A stretch of DNA of 64,000 nt from an uncultured Gammaproteobacteria bacterium (GCA_964533715.1 CAZHNI010000001.1:5514-69513); one strand, 5' to 3'; counted from the stretch's first letter, positions 29,104 to 39,573 are shown. Notes: generated by a model not told the origin, from the letters alone. Made by a program: numbers and translations.

Positions 29104-30639
29104 ATGTCAAAATCAATATTTTTTATAACTACCGCTATACCATACGCCAACGCGGAACCGCACATGGGGCACGCGATTGAATTTTTGTATGCCGATATAA
29201 TGGCGCGTTATCAGCGTTTGCTTGGCAATGAGGTGTATTTTTTAAGTGGCACCGATGAACATGGCCAAAAAATGCTCAAAACTGCCAAAGAAGCCGGTAG
29301 ACCCGTGGAAGAGTTTGCTGCTGAGAAATCGGCAACTTTTAACAATCTTTTGGATCAATGGAATATTTCTAACGACGATTTTATTCGTACCACAGAAAAA
29401 CGTCATCTTGACGGCGCCAGCAAATTTTGGAGCACGGTGATGGAAAATGGACATATTTATAAAAAGAAATATACTGGTTTGTATTGTTACGGTTGTGAAT
29501 CTTTTAAAACTGAAAAAGATTTGGTGGAAGGTAAATGCCCTCTGCACAATCGTGTGCCCGATGAGGTCTCAGAAGAAAATTACTTTTTTAAGTTATCTAA
29601 CTTTCAGGAACAACTTGAATTTTTGTTTGAAAAAAATTCAGATTTTGTACACCCCAAAGGTCGCATGAACGAAATGCTAAACGTGCTTAAAGAGGGAGTG
29701 GAAGATATTAGTATTTCTCGTACTGCTTCCAAAATGCCATGGGGTATACCAGTGCCAGGTGATAATAGCCAAGTAATGTATGTGTGGTTTGATGCTCTTA
29801 CAAATTATATTACTGCTTTGGGCTATGCCAGTGATGAAAAATTATTAAAAAAGTATTGGCCCGCTACGCACGTTATTGGCAAAGATATTAATCGATTTCA
29901 TTCCCTATTATGGCCAGCCATGCTTATGGCAGCAGGCCTAGAGGTACCAAAACAAATTGCGGTGCACGGTTTTGTATATGCTGGTGATGGCCAAAAAATG
30001 AGTAAGACCTTGGGTAATGTTATTGATCCCGCGGAAATTATAAATGAGTTTCCTCTTGAGTCCGTGCGATATTTTCTCGCTCGTGAAATTCCTTTTGATG
30101 GTGATGGTAATTTTTCTCGCGAAGCATTAAGCACACGTTATAATGCGGATTTGGCCAATGGACTTGGCAACCTCACTAATCGCATTTTAACCATGGTGGA
30201 AAAATATAGCGATGGGGCTGTGCCAAAAGTCACTACGGTTGATAATGATTTTATTAAGTCGTTGGAAAAAATTTGGGTTGAGTATGACGCCGCTATAAAA
30301 GCTTGGCAATTTAACCGTGCTTTGGAAAGTGTGTGGAAATTTGTGGCTATGTGCGACCAGACAATTTCCGACAAACAACCGTGGGCGATGGTAAAGATGG
30401 GCAAGACAACGGAGGTAAACGACCTGCTCTATCATTTATGCGAGGGGTTACGCCACATCGGCATCATGATTTGGCCAGTAATGCCAGAAACAGCCGAAAA
30501 AATTATTTTGCAACTTGGTTTGTCCTTAGAAAAAGAATTTGCCAAGCCGCTTGTCGAGCTTCAACAGTGGGTAGAGCTGACTGTGGGAAACAAAATAGAT
30601 AAAGGTCAACCGCTTTTTCCGCGCTTAAGTGATAAGTAG
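29104..30639 (+). CDS. metG: methionyl-tRNA synthetase
   Basis: Class I HMGH (PHMGHAIE) and KMSKT motifs, a CxxC...CPLH zinc knuckle, and an anticodon-binding helical domain. Confidence 0.85.
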   Translation: MSKSIFFITTAIPYANAEPHMGHAIEFLYADIMARYQRLLGNEVYFLSGTDEHGQKMLKTAKEAGRPVEEFAAEKSATFNNLLDQWNISNDDFIRTTEKRHLDGASKFWSTVMENGHIYKKKYTGLYCYGCESFKTEKDLVEGKCPLHNRVPDEVSEENYFFKLSNFQEQLEFLFEKNSDFVHPKGRMNEMLNVLKEGVEDISISRTASKMPWGIPVPGDNSQVMYVWFDALTNYITALGYASDEKLLKKYWPATHVIGKDINRFHSLLWPAMLMAAGLEVPKQIAVHGFVYAGDGQKMSKTLGNVIDPAEIINEFPLESVRYFLAREIPFDGDGNFSREALSTRYNADLANGLGNLTNRILTMVEKYSDGAVPKVTTVDNDFIKSLEKIWVEYDAAIKAWQFNRALESVWKFVAMCDQTISDKQPWAMVKMGKTTEVNDLLYHLCEGLRHIGIMIWPVMPETAEKIILQLGLSLEKEFAKPLVELQQWVELTVGNKIDKGQPLFPRLSDK

Positions 30640-30674
30640 TTTATAATTATGCCTATGAATAGTATTTATTTAAT

Positions 30675-31202
30675 ATGTCATTTTTTGATGTAATTCTTAT
30701 TTGTATAATAGTTGGATTTGGTTTTTTTGGATTTTGGTTTGGCTTCGTGCATACCATCGGTTCACTTATTGGCACCGTACTCGGTGTTTATTTGGCTACG
30801 CGTTGGTACTACCCTCTATCTGGTTGGATAATACACTTTACAGGTTGGACAGGAAATTTTATAAAAGTAATTGTATTTATTTTGGTTTTTGTAATAATCA
30901 ATCGAATTGTTGGTATTATTTTCTTTTTAATTGACAAAGCGCTATCTATTTTTACTCGTCTACCTTTTATACACGCGTTTGATCGTTTTTTGGGTTTTGC
31001 GTTTGGCATTGGTGAGGGTATTATTGTAATTGGTGTAGTGTTATATTTTATAAATAAATTTCCCTTAACGCCAGCTTTTATGACCGATCTGGCTCAGTCG
31101 AGCGTCGCTTTGTTGTGCGTGCATGTTGCTTCGTTGTTTCTCCCGCTTATTCCATTAGCTTTAAAACAAATTTCTGATTCGGTAAGCAACTTTGGTTTTT
31201 AG
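30675..31202 (+). CDS. cvpA: CvpA-family membrane protein
   Basis: Four TM helices with the FFDVILICIIVGFGFFGFWFG start typical of CvpA. Confidence 0.5.
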   Translation: MSFFDVILICIIVGFGFFGFWFGFVHTIGSLIGTVLGVYLATRWYYPLSGWIIHFTGWTGNFIKVIVFILVFVIINRIVGIIFFLIDKALSIFTRLPFIHAFDRFLGFAFGIGEGIIVIGVVLYFINKFPLTPAFMTDLAQSSVALLCVHVASLFLPLIPLALKQISDSVSNFGF

Positions 31203-31214
31203 AATTTTGTAATT

Positions 31215-32165
31215 ATGATGATAGATACACACGCCCATGCGCACTTTAACGCCTATAAGGATGATATGGACGAAGTAATAGAGCGGAGCCTTGCTAGGGG
31301 TGCTGTTATTAATTTAGTTGGGACCCAAGCAGATACGAGCAAGCGGGCGGTTGAAGTCGCCGAAAAATATGACGGAGTATACGCCACAATTGGTCTTCAT
31401 CCAGAACATCTTTTTTCCAAGTGGGTTGACGAAGAAGAAACCTCTTTTCAATCGCGGGAAGAAAGTTTTGATTATGAGTACTACAAAAGTTTGGCGGTAA
31501 TGCCCAAAGTTATTGGCATAGGGGAGTGTGGGTTAGATTTTTACCGTATTCCCGAAGGTATGACCAAAGAGGCTATGCTCCCTAAACAGGCAGAAGTTTT
31601 TAGGCAGCATATTAATTTATCTCAAGAAACAAACTTGCCGCTGATAATTCATTGTCGTGAGGCGCATGAGGAGATGATTGCCATCCTGAACACGTTCGTT
31701 TCGCTCAGTGTAAACTCCGCGGAGCGTGGTGAAGGACCCCCTCAAAAGCAAGGGGATTATTCGGTCGTCCCGAGCAATTCGGGACTCCCTCAGAATGACA
31801 ATGCAAACAAAAAATTACGTGGCACGATGCACTGCTACACCAGCAGCTGGATTAATGCCCAAAAATATTTAGAAATGGGTTTTTACATTGGTTTTACCGG
31901 CGTTATTACATTTCCTCCCCAAAAAGCGAACCCGCAAGCCCAGGCGGATTTATTGGAAGTTGTTCGTAAGATGCCAGAGGACAGGATACTTTTGGAAACC
32001 GATTGCCCTTATTTATCACCAATTCCATATAGAGGAAAGCGAGGCGAGCCTTGGATGATTGAGGCAACAGCAGCAAAAATAGCGGAACTCCGCGGAATAA
32101 GTTTGGAAGAAACCCTAAGCGTAACAACAAAAAATGCGCGGAACCTTTTTCAGAAAATGGTTTAG
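31215..32165 (+). CDS. tatD: TatD-family metal-dependent hydrolase with an in-frame palindromic-element insertion
   Basis: IDTHAHAH, GECGLDFY, IIHCREAHEE, HCYTSSW and ETDCPYL motifs. About 35 extra residues (VSLSVNSAERGEGPPQKQGDYSVVPSNSGLPQNDNA) between the third and fourth metal-binding motifs are encoded by repeat copy 31697-31798. Confidence 0.7.
   Translation: MMIDTHAHAHFNAYKDDMDEVIERSLARGAVINLVGTQADTSKRAVEVAEKYDGVYATIGLHPEHLFSKWVDEEETSFQSREESFDYEYYKSLAVMPKVIGIGECGLDFYRIPEGMTKEAMLPKQAEVFRQHINLSQETNLPLIIHCREAHEEMIAILNTFVSLSVNSAERGEGPPQKQGDYSVVPSNSGLPQNDNANKKLRGTMHCYTSSWINAQKYLEMGFYIGFTGVITFPPQKANPQAQADLLEVVRKMPEDRILLETDCPYLSPIPYRGKRGEPWMIEATAAKIAELRGISLEETLSVTTKNARNLFQKMV
31697..31798. 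repeat. degenerate palindromic element copy, in frame in tatD
   Basis: Right TIR CCCTCAGAATGACA, left arm degenerate (CGTTTCGCTCAGTG), inner palindrome GTCCCGAGcaatTCGGGAC. Confidence 0.55.
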
Positions 32166-32198
32166 TTAAGTTATTCACATTTTCTATTAAAAATTCTC

Positions 32199-32227
32199 TT
32201 GACCTTTTGTGTTAATTCGTTTATACT
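32199..32227 (+). promoter_or_regulatory. sigma-70-like promoter TTGACC-N17-TATACT upstream of the atp operon
   Basis: Near-consensus -35 and -10 with 17-nt spacer, located in the tatD-atpI spacer. Confidence 0.45.
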
Positions 32228-32243
32228 AATGTCGTCCTTTTTT

Positions 32244-32501
32244 ATGGAGAATAAGCCCCAAAAGACGTCTGATCGAGAGTATTATATATTTGCACTTCGC
32301 ATCATGGGCGATTTTGGGGCCACTATTGCGGCACCAGTCATAATTTTTGTACTTATTGGGCAATATTTTGATAATCGTTACGGTCATGCACCAATTTTTA
32401 CAGTAATTGGGTTTCTGTTGGCAGCATTTGGTTCTGGTAGCATTATCTACAAAAAGGCAAAAAAATACGGAAAAGAATTTCAACAGATGAATAAAAAGTA
32501 G
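32244..32501 (+). CDS. small two-TM membrane protein (AtpI/AtpZ-like, first gene of the atp operon)
   Basis: Position immediately upstream of atpB plus two hydrophobic helices. Start set downstream of the predicted promoter (tracked ORF 32199.. overlaps the promoter). Confidence 0.35.
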   Translation: MENKPQKTSDREYYIFALRIMGDFGATIAAPVIIFVLIGQYFDNRYGHAPIFTVIGFLLAAFGSGSIIYKKAKKYGKEFQQMNKK

Positions 32502-32503
32502 TT

Positions 32504-33286
32504 ATGTCCCAATTGATTTTACCACCACTCGGCGCTGAAACCATGTTTCATATTGGTTCGATACCTGTTACCAACACCATCGTTAACACTTGGATAGCGA
32601 TGGTTATTTTTTTAATCTTTGGCTTGGCGCTTCGCAAACGCGTATCGCTCCGACCAGGAAAATTGCAAAATTATTGCGAATATTTTTTGGATATTTTACT
32701 CGGATATTTTGACCAAGTAACTGGTAGCCGAAAAAAGACAATCCAATTTCTTCCTGTTGTTGGTTCAATTTTTTTCTTTATTTTACTTTCTAACTGGCTT
32801 GGGCTTCTCCCTGGAACCGGCAGCATTCTTAAGGGCCACGAACCATTGCTGCGTCCGGCTAATACCGATTTGAATTTAACCATTGCTATGGCCGCAGTGG
32901 CGGTTATTTCATCGCATATTTTTGGTTTTTTATCGGTAGGATTTTTTACACATATTGGTAAATTTGTTCAAATCAAAAATTTTATAAAAAGTATCCCCAA
33001 AGGTCCGGTTGCAATTTTTCAAGCAATTGTGGAATTTGCAGTTGGGCTAATTGAAATTGTGAGTGAACTTGCCAAAGTAATGTCGCTTTCACTTCGTCTT
33101 TTTGGTAATATTTTTGCTGGTGAAGTTTTAATGACGGTGATGCTTAGTTTGGTAGCGGCGGTGGTTCCGGTTCCATTTATGCTTTTGGAGTTGTTGGTCG
33201 GCATTATTCAAGCTAGTGTGTTTGCCATACTTACGTTAGTATATATGTCTGTTGCCAGCGCTGAACCACACGGAGCGGAACACTAA
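32504..33286 (+). CDS. atpB: F0F1 ATP synthase subunit a
   Basis: Five-six TM helices with the conserved Arg in LSLSLRLFGNIFAGEV. Confidence 0.85.
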   Translation: MSQLILPPLGAETMFHIGSIPVTNTIVNTWIAMVIFLIFGLALRKRVSLRPGKLQNYCEYFLDILLGYFDQVTGSRKKTIQFLPVVGSIFFFILLSNWLGLLPGTGSILKGHEPLLRPANTDLNLTIAMAAVAVISSHIFGFLSVGFFTHIGKFVQIKNFIKSIPKGPVAIFQAIVEFAVGLIEIVSELAKVMSLSLRLFGNIFAGEVLMTVMLSLVAAVVPVPFMLLELLVGIIQASVFAILTLVYMSVASAEPHGAEH

Positions 33287-33323
33287 AACATAAAAACACA
33301 AGAACATTAAAACACAATAAGCC

Positions 33324-33356
33324 GTTTTAATGTTTTAATGTTTTAATGTTTTAATG
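33324..33356. repeat. tandem octamer (TTTTAATG)x4 preceded by an 11-bp perfect hairpin in the atpB-atpE spacer
   Basis: AACATTAAAAC...GTTTTAATGTT stem, then GTTTTAATG repeated four times. Confidence 0.7.
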
Positions 33357-33650
33357 ATATCTACCCTGAATCGTATAAGCCGTACATTCGGCGATTCAAC
33401 GGAGATGGATATCAAGAAAGTTAATTCTATGGATCACGAATCACTCGTGACGATTATGAAGGGTGCCACGATGGCGCTCGGCGGCGTTGTTCCCGCCATA
33501 TCAATTGGTCGTATCGTAACCAAGGCTATGGAGTCTATTGGCCGTAATCCGGAATCAGCCGGTAAATTGTTCGTTCCCATGCTTCTTGGTGCTGCTTTTG
33601 CCGAAGCTATCGCTATTTACGCTCTTGTAGTTGTATTTACTCTCAAATAG
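33354..33650 (+). CDS. atpE: F0F1 ATP synthase subunit c (probable true start near 33429, MDHESL..., giving ~73 aa)
   Basis: Two-helix hairpin with GRNPE loop and conserved carboxylate in AAFAEAIAIYALVV. Confidence 0.8.
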   Translation: MISTLNRISRTFGDSTEMDIKKVNSMDHESLVTIMKGATMALGGVVPAISIGRIVTKAMESIGRNPESAGKLFVPMLLGAAFAEAIAIYALVVVFTLK

Positions 33651-33657
33651 CTCAACT

Positions 33658-33682
33658 CACCGGGCCACTTGTTGGCCTGGTG
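33658..33682 (+). promoter_or_regulatory. stem-loop between atpE and atpF (attenuator-like)
   Basis: CACCGGGCCA-cttgt-TGGCCTGGTG hairpin with no immediate T-run. Confidence 0.3.
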
Positions 33683-33701
33683 AACTTGGATTATTTTAAA
33701 C

Positions 33702-33824
33702 TGTCATTCTGAGCCTGCCTCCTGCATGCGCAGGTATGGCGCAGACAGGTGAAATGAAGAATCTTCCTATTATGAAGATCCTTCCCCAAAGGGGTCCCTT
33801 TGGGACGCTCTGCTCAGGATGACA
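33702..33824. repeat. palindromic element copy, intergenic atpE-atpF
   Basis: TIR TGTCATTCTGAGC...GCTCAGGATGACA. Carries the CCTGCCTCCTGCATGCGCAGG and GAAGAATCTTCCTATTATGAAGATCCTTC modules. Confidence 0.75.
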
Positions 33825-33835
33825 AAATAGAATCT

Positions 33836-34381
33836 ATGCAATTTATTGACACTGTTTACGCTGCCGAAATCGCCGAGTCAGCGCAGGAAGGCCTCTTAAC
33901 CTCCCTTGGTATCAATGGGACGTTATTTATTTTTCAACTCGTCAACTTTGCTATCGTGGCAACAATTATTTGGTTTTTAATTTTAAAACCACTTACAAAA
34001 AAAATGACTGAGCGTCAAAAGATGATTGACGACAGTATCGATAATTCAAAAAAAATTCAAGAAACACTTCAGCACAGTGAACAAAAATATCAGGAACGCA
34101 TTGACCAGGCGAAAGTGGAATATAATAAAATTTTGGAAAAAGCCACTGTTGATGCGGTAGCGACAACAGATGCCATGAAAGTAAAGGCTAAGCAAGAGAT
34201 TGAAATGTTGGTAGATCAGGCAAAAAGAAATATTAAAATTGAAAAAGAAGAAATGGTATCAGCTTTAAAAAATGAAACCGCTGGATTTATTGTAATGGCA
34301 TTAGAAAAAATTCTGGGAGAAAAAGTTGATAGTAAAAAAGATAAAGAAATGATTGAGGAAATGATTAAAAAGTTAAAATAA
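33836..34381 (+). CDS. atpF: F0F1 ATP synthase subunit b
   Basis: N-terminal TM helix (LFIFQLVNFAIVATIIWFLIL) followed by a long charged helix. Start set at ATG 33836, because tracked ORF 33800.. begins inside an intergenic palindromic element. Confidence 0.75.
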   Translation: MQFIDTVYAAEIAESAQEGLLTSLGINGTLFIFQLVNFAIVATIIWFLILKPLTKKMTERQKMIDDSIDNSKKIQETLQHSEQKYQERIDQAKVEYNKILEKATVDAVATTDAMKVKAKQEIEMLVDQAKRNIKIEKEEMVSALKNETAGFIVMALEKILGEKVDSKKDKEMIEEMIKKLK

Positions 34382-34382
34382 T

Positions 34383-34775
34383 ATGCCAAAAAAGGCACAG
34401 GATATTAAAAAAATAGCAGCCGCTCTATACGAGGTTACTAAAGATTTAAGCGGTCAGGAGCTCGGCAAAGCCTTGCAAGGTTTTGTGTCTCTTTTGGTAA
34501 GAAAAAATTTGTTTGGTCAGGCTGAAAAAATAATTTCGGCATTTGTAGCCTATGCAAAAAAACAAGAATGTATTCTAGAGATTGATGTAACGACTGCTCG
34601 AGAAATTGAAACGAAATTGTTGCAGGCAATCCAGAACGCTTTTGGTAAAAATGTAGAGTCTACAACAAACGTGGATGATTCCCTTGTCGGTGGTTTTGTA
34701 GTTAAAACAAAGGATACTGTTTTTGATGCCAGCTTAAAAACACAACTACAAAAATTAAAACAAAGCTTGATTTAA
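34383..34775 (+). CDS. atpH: F0F1 ATP synthase subunit delta (short form)
   Basis: Position between atpF and atpA and an OSCP-like C-terminal part (LVGGFVVKTKDTVFDASLKTQL). Confidence 0.65.
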   Translation: MPKKAQDIKKIAAALYEVTKDLSGQELGKALQGFVSLLVRKNLFGQAEKIISAFVAYAKKQECILEIDVTTAREIETKLLQAIQNAFGKNVESTTNVDDSLVGGFVVKTKDTVFDASLKTQLQKLKQSLI

Positions 34776-34776
34776 T

Positions 34777-34884
34777 TGTCATTGCGAGGAGCAAAGCGAC
34801 GAAGCAATCCCCCTGAGTTCAGTGCTCCTGAAAACAAGGGGATCGCCACGTCAGCCGGTGCGAACCGGCTTCCTCGCGATGATA
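34777..34884. repeat. palindromic element copy, intergenic atpH-atpA
   Basis: TIR TGTCATTGCGAGG...CCTCGCGATGATA; shares the GCAATCCCCCTGA core with the rlmN copy. Confidence 0.7.
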
Positions 34885-34904
34885 GCTTTAATCTAATAAA
34901 ACCT

Positions 34905-36392
34905 ATGTCCATCAACTCAATTGTCGAAGAACTCAGAAAGAATATTAGTAAATTTGAAAAGCAGGTCGAAGTGGAAGAAATTGGAACCGTTACCGAGGTA
35001 GGGGATGGTATTGCTCGTGTGAACGGCCTTACCAATTGCCAGGCGAGCGAAATGTTGGAATTCCCGGATAACACTATCGGCGTGGCCTTAAACTTGGATG
35101 AAGATTCCGTTGGCGCGGTTGTACTTGGTGAGTTTAAACATATTAAAGAAGGAGATACCGTAAAACGTACCGGCCGTATTTTATCGGTACCGGTTGGGGA
35201 GGAGCTTATTGGCCGCGTTGTTAACCCGCTTGGTGTTCCTATTGATGGTGGGGCTAACCTTAATAGCAAAAAATTCTATCCAATTGAAAAAATTGCTCCT
35301 GGTGTTATGACTCGTGAGGGCGTCAGCCAGCCAGTGCAAACTGGTATTAAAGCCATCGATGCCATGATCCCAATTGGTCGCGGTCAACGCGAGCTTATTA
35401 TTGGTGATCGTCAAACCGGCAAAACCGCTGTGGCAATTGATACAATTATTAACCAAAAAGGTCAGAACATGATTTGTGTGTACGTGGCAGTTGGGCAAAA
35501 GGAGGCAAAAATCGCCCGTATTATGGCAAAACTTAAAGAGGCTGGTGCCATGGATTATACTATTATTGTTTCGGCCGCCGCTTCTGACCCAGCCGCTCTG
35601 CAATATATTGCCCCGTATGCTGGTGTGGCTATGGCCGAATATTTTATGGACCAAGGTAAAGATGTGCTTTGTGTTTATGATGATCTTTCTAAACAAGCCG
35701 TTGCCTACCGTGAAATTTCACTCTTGCTGCGTCGCCCACCGGGTCGTGAAGCTTATCCTGGTGATGTTTTCTATTTGCACTCACGCCTCTTGGAACGTGC
35801 TTGTAGACGTAATAAAGAAGCTGGTGGCGGGTCAATTACCGCTCTTCCAATTATAGAAACTCAGGCCGGTGACGTTACCGCCTACATTCCAACCAACGTT
35901 ATTTCCATTACTGATGGTCAAATTTTCTTAGAATCAGATTTGTTTTATCGTGGTATTCGCCCGGCGGTAAACGTTGGTATCTCTGTGTCGCGTGTTGGCT
36001 CTTCCGCTCAAATTAAACCAATGAAAAAAGTAGCCGGTAAACTTAAGTTAAGTCTAGCCCAGTTTCGTGAACTTGAAGCTTTTTCTCAGTTTTCAAGCGA
36101 TCTTGACCCGGAAACAAAAAAACAAATTGATCTTGGTGTGCGCATGGTAGAAATTCTTAAACAACCACAGTATCAACCAATGGGTGTGGCTCATCAGGTT
36201 GCTATTATTTACGCGGTATCAAACGGATACGCCAATGAAATTGAGGTGCAAAATATGAAAGAATGGGAAGATAAATTTCACATTTTCTTTGAAAAAACTC
36301 GCCAGTCACTCTTAGAAAAAATTAGCAAAGGAGAGTGGGATGAGAAAATTGAAGGTGAGTTAAAAGAAGCGATTGCCGAATACAAAAAATAA
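34905..36392 (+). CDS. atpA: F0F1 ATP synthase subunit alpha
   Basis: Walker A GDRQTGKT and alpha-subunit signature regions. Start set at ATG 34905 ([10 protein letters not shown]...). The 43 upstream codons of tracked ORF 34776.. are an intergenic palindromic element read in frame. Confidence 0.9.
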   Translation: MSINSIVEELRKNISKFEKQVEVEEIGTVTEVGDGIARVNGLTNCQASEMLEFPDNTIGVALNLDEDSVGAVVLGEFKHIKEGDTVKRTGRILSVPVGEELIGRVVNPLGVPIDGGANLNSKKFYPIEKIAPGVMTREGVSQPVQTGIKAIDAMIPIGRGQRELIIGDRQTGKTAVAIDTIINQKGQNMICVYVAVGQKEAKIARIMAKLKEAGAMDYTIIVSAAASDPAALQYIAPYAGVAMAEYFMDQGKDVLCVYDDLSKQAVAYREISLLLRRPPGREAYPGDVFYLHSRLLERACRRNKEAGGGSITALPIIETQAGDVTAYIPTNVISITDGQIFLESDLFYRGIRPAVNVGISVSRVGSSAQIKPMKKVAGKLKLSLAQFRELEAFSQFSSDLDPETKKQIDLGVRMVEILKQPQYQPMGVAHQVAIIYAVSNGYANEIEVQNMKEWEDKFHIFFEKTRQSLLEKISKGEWDEKIEGELKEAIAEYKK

Positions 36393-36714
36393 ATATTTTA
36401 TGAAAAAGCTCCTCAGTCTAGAGGATATCAAATTAAGAATAGATCAAATTATCGATGAGCTTAGCTCCGGGGCAATTTCGATTAGAGAAATTGAACCTAT
36501 CCATGAAAAATTGCAGCAAGCTAGGGCGGATTATTTAAGGATTGTTGAAGAAATAAAAGCAGATGATCCAGAAATTTTAAATCATAATGCTACATTGGTT
36601 AGGGTGTACATTGAGATTGGCAGGCTCTATGACGCGGCTCTTTCGTTGATAAGAAAAATTGAACGAGAGGGAATAGGTGAATTTCGGTCTGAAGGTAGGG
36701 GATCTAAAAATTAG
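36373..36714 (+). CDS. hypothetical coiled-coil protein inserted between atpA and atpG
   Basis: ORF with coding-like composition overlapping the atpA end; no recognisable family. Confidence 0.3.
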   Translation: MPNTKNKYFMKKLLSLEDIKLRIDQIIDELSSGAISIREIEPIHEKLQQARADYLRIVEEIKADDPEILNHNATLVRVYIEIGRLYDAALSLIRKIEREGIGEFRSEGRGSKN

Positions 36715-36716
36715 AT

Positions 36717-37739
36717 ATGGCAGTAAGTACCAAAACAATTAAACGCCGCATCAAATCAATTTCCAACACCAAAAAAATTACTAAGGCCATGGAGATGATT
36801 AGTGCGGTAAAAATGCGCCGAGCGGTAGCCAATGTTTTGGCTACCCGAAATTATGCTAGCCTGGCTTGGGAAATGCTTAAAGAAATTTCCGAGTACACGC
36901 ACGATGGCCACCATGCACTCTTGCAAAAAAGGCCTGTTAAAAAAATCGGTCTCATTTTAATTACCAGTAACCGAGGGTTGGCTGGCGGTTTTAGCAGCCG
37001 GTTATTGCAGGAAGTAGACAGCTACATAAAAAAAATCACTCATCAAACTGTCATTCCGACGACACGTGCGCTCCGCTCAGTGCAGGCTCCAGAGGAATCT
37101 CTGGCTCATTCGAATGACGGACAGAGATCCCTCGTCGGCGCGAGCCTCACTCGGGATGACAAAGTGCAAATTGGCATTGAAGCCGACATCATTCTTACTG
37201 GTAAGCGCGGCAAAAAAATTTATCATCGTTTTGGGCACACTGTGGTGGCCGAATTTGATAAAGTAGATCTTACCACCAGAATTGAAGAAATTTTACCCAT
37301 GGCCCAGTTGGCGGTAAAAGAATTTGTTGCCGGAACATACGACCAAATTGTAGTGGCGTACATGCATTTTAAATCCGCAATTGAACAAGTGGCCACAGTA
37401 AAACAAATTTTGCCGCTTACGAAAGATTCAATTAAAGAACTGGCCGCCAAAGAAGCTGATGACACTGAAGAAATAGAAGAGAGCACATTTTTGTTTGAGC
37501 CAAACCCGGCGCTGGTGCTTGATGTACTCTTGCCACGTTTGGTTGAAATGCAAATGTATCAGGCAATTTTGGAATCGGACGCCTCCGAGCACAGCGCTCG
37601 CATGATGGCTATGCGAAACGCCAGTGATTCGGCCAGCGATATGATTAAAGAGTTGCAAAACAGCTTTAACAAAGCACGCCAAGCAGCTATTACCCAAGAA
37701 ATTAGTGAAATTGTGGGTGGTGCAGCGGCCCTGGAGTAA
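36717..37739 (+). CDS. atpG: F0F1 ATP synthase subunit gamma with an in-frame palindromic-element insertion
   Basis: Conserved N-terminus (TKTIKRRIKSISNTKKITKAMEMISAVKMRRA) and C-terminus (MMAMRNASDSA...ITQEISEIVGGAAALE). About 38 extra residues (TVIPTTRALRSV...TRDDK) are encoded by repeat copy 37049-37161. Confidence 0.85.
   Translation: MAVSTKTIKRRIKSISNTKKITKAMEMISAVKMRRAVANVLATRNYASLAWEMLKEISEYTHDGHHALLQKRPVKKIGLILITSNRGLAGGFSSRLLQEVDSYIKKITHQTVIPTTRALRSVQAPEESLAHSNDGQRSLVGASLTRDDKVQIGIEADIILTGKRGKKIYHRFGHTVVAEFDKVDLTTRIEEILPMAQLAVKEFVAGTYDQIVVAYMHFKSAIEQVATVKQILPLTKDSIKELAAKEADDTEEIEESTFLFEPNPALVLDVLLPRLVEMQMYQAILESDASEHSARMMAMRNASDSASDMIKELQNSFNKARQAAITQEISEIVGGAAALE
37049..37161. repeat. 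palindromic element copy, in frame in atpG
   Basis: TIR TGTCATTCCGACG...CTCGGGATGACA; inner GAGGAATCTCTGG...GGACAGAGATCC module. Confidence 0.75.
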
Positions 37740-37772
37740 TTTAGTTTCTAGTAATCTAAAAAACTAAATTGT

Positions 37773-38159
37773 ATGGAGGAAAGATATCGTGATTTTACAG
37801 AGCTTGAAGTTTGGCAAAAAGCGCATGAACTAAGATTAAAAGTACGGATTCTTTGCAAATTTCTACCATCTGAAGAAAAATATGGCCTGATCTCACAAAT
37901 TTTAAGATCGTCCGCTTCAGTCGGTGCTAATATAGCTGAAGGTCATGGTAGATTTCACTATCAAGAAAATATCCAATATTGCAGACAAGCAAGAGGATCG
38001 CTAGATGAAACTCGTGATCATCTAATCTATATACGTGACGCTGATTTAATAAGAAAAGTGAGTAGTTTGGAATATTTAGTTAATCTATGTTTACAAATAA
38101 AGGCTTTGTTAAATGGTTATATCGGTTATTTAAAAAAATGTAAACAAGGGCAAGACTAA
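37773..38159 (+). CDS. four-helix-bundle protein (23S rRNA intervening-sequence protein family)
   Basis: Characteristic LEVWQKAHEL...SASVGANIAEGHGR...DETRDHL pattern of the four-helix-bundle/IVS protein family; AT-richer than its neighbours. Confidence 0.6.
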   Translation: MEERYRDFTELEVWQKAHELRLKVRILCKFLPSEEKYGLISQILRSSASVGANIAEGHGRFHYQENIQYCRQARGSLDETRDHLIYIRDADLIRKVSSLEYLVNLCLQIKALLNGYIGYLKKCKQGQD

Positions 38160-38193
38160 TTTTTACTAACTTTCGAATAAACTAATATACTAA

Positions 38194-39573
<1,380 letters not shown>

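Noticed and set aside
34772-35696. Antisense ORFs 34772..35269 (-) and 35181..35696 (-) inside atpA
   Set aside because: They lie opposite a highly conserved alpha-subunit coding sequence and have no independent support.
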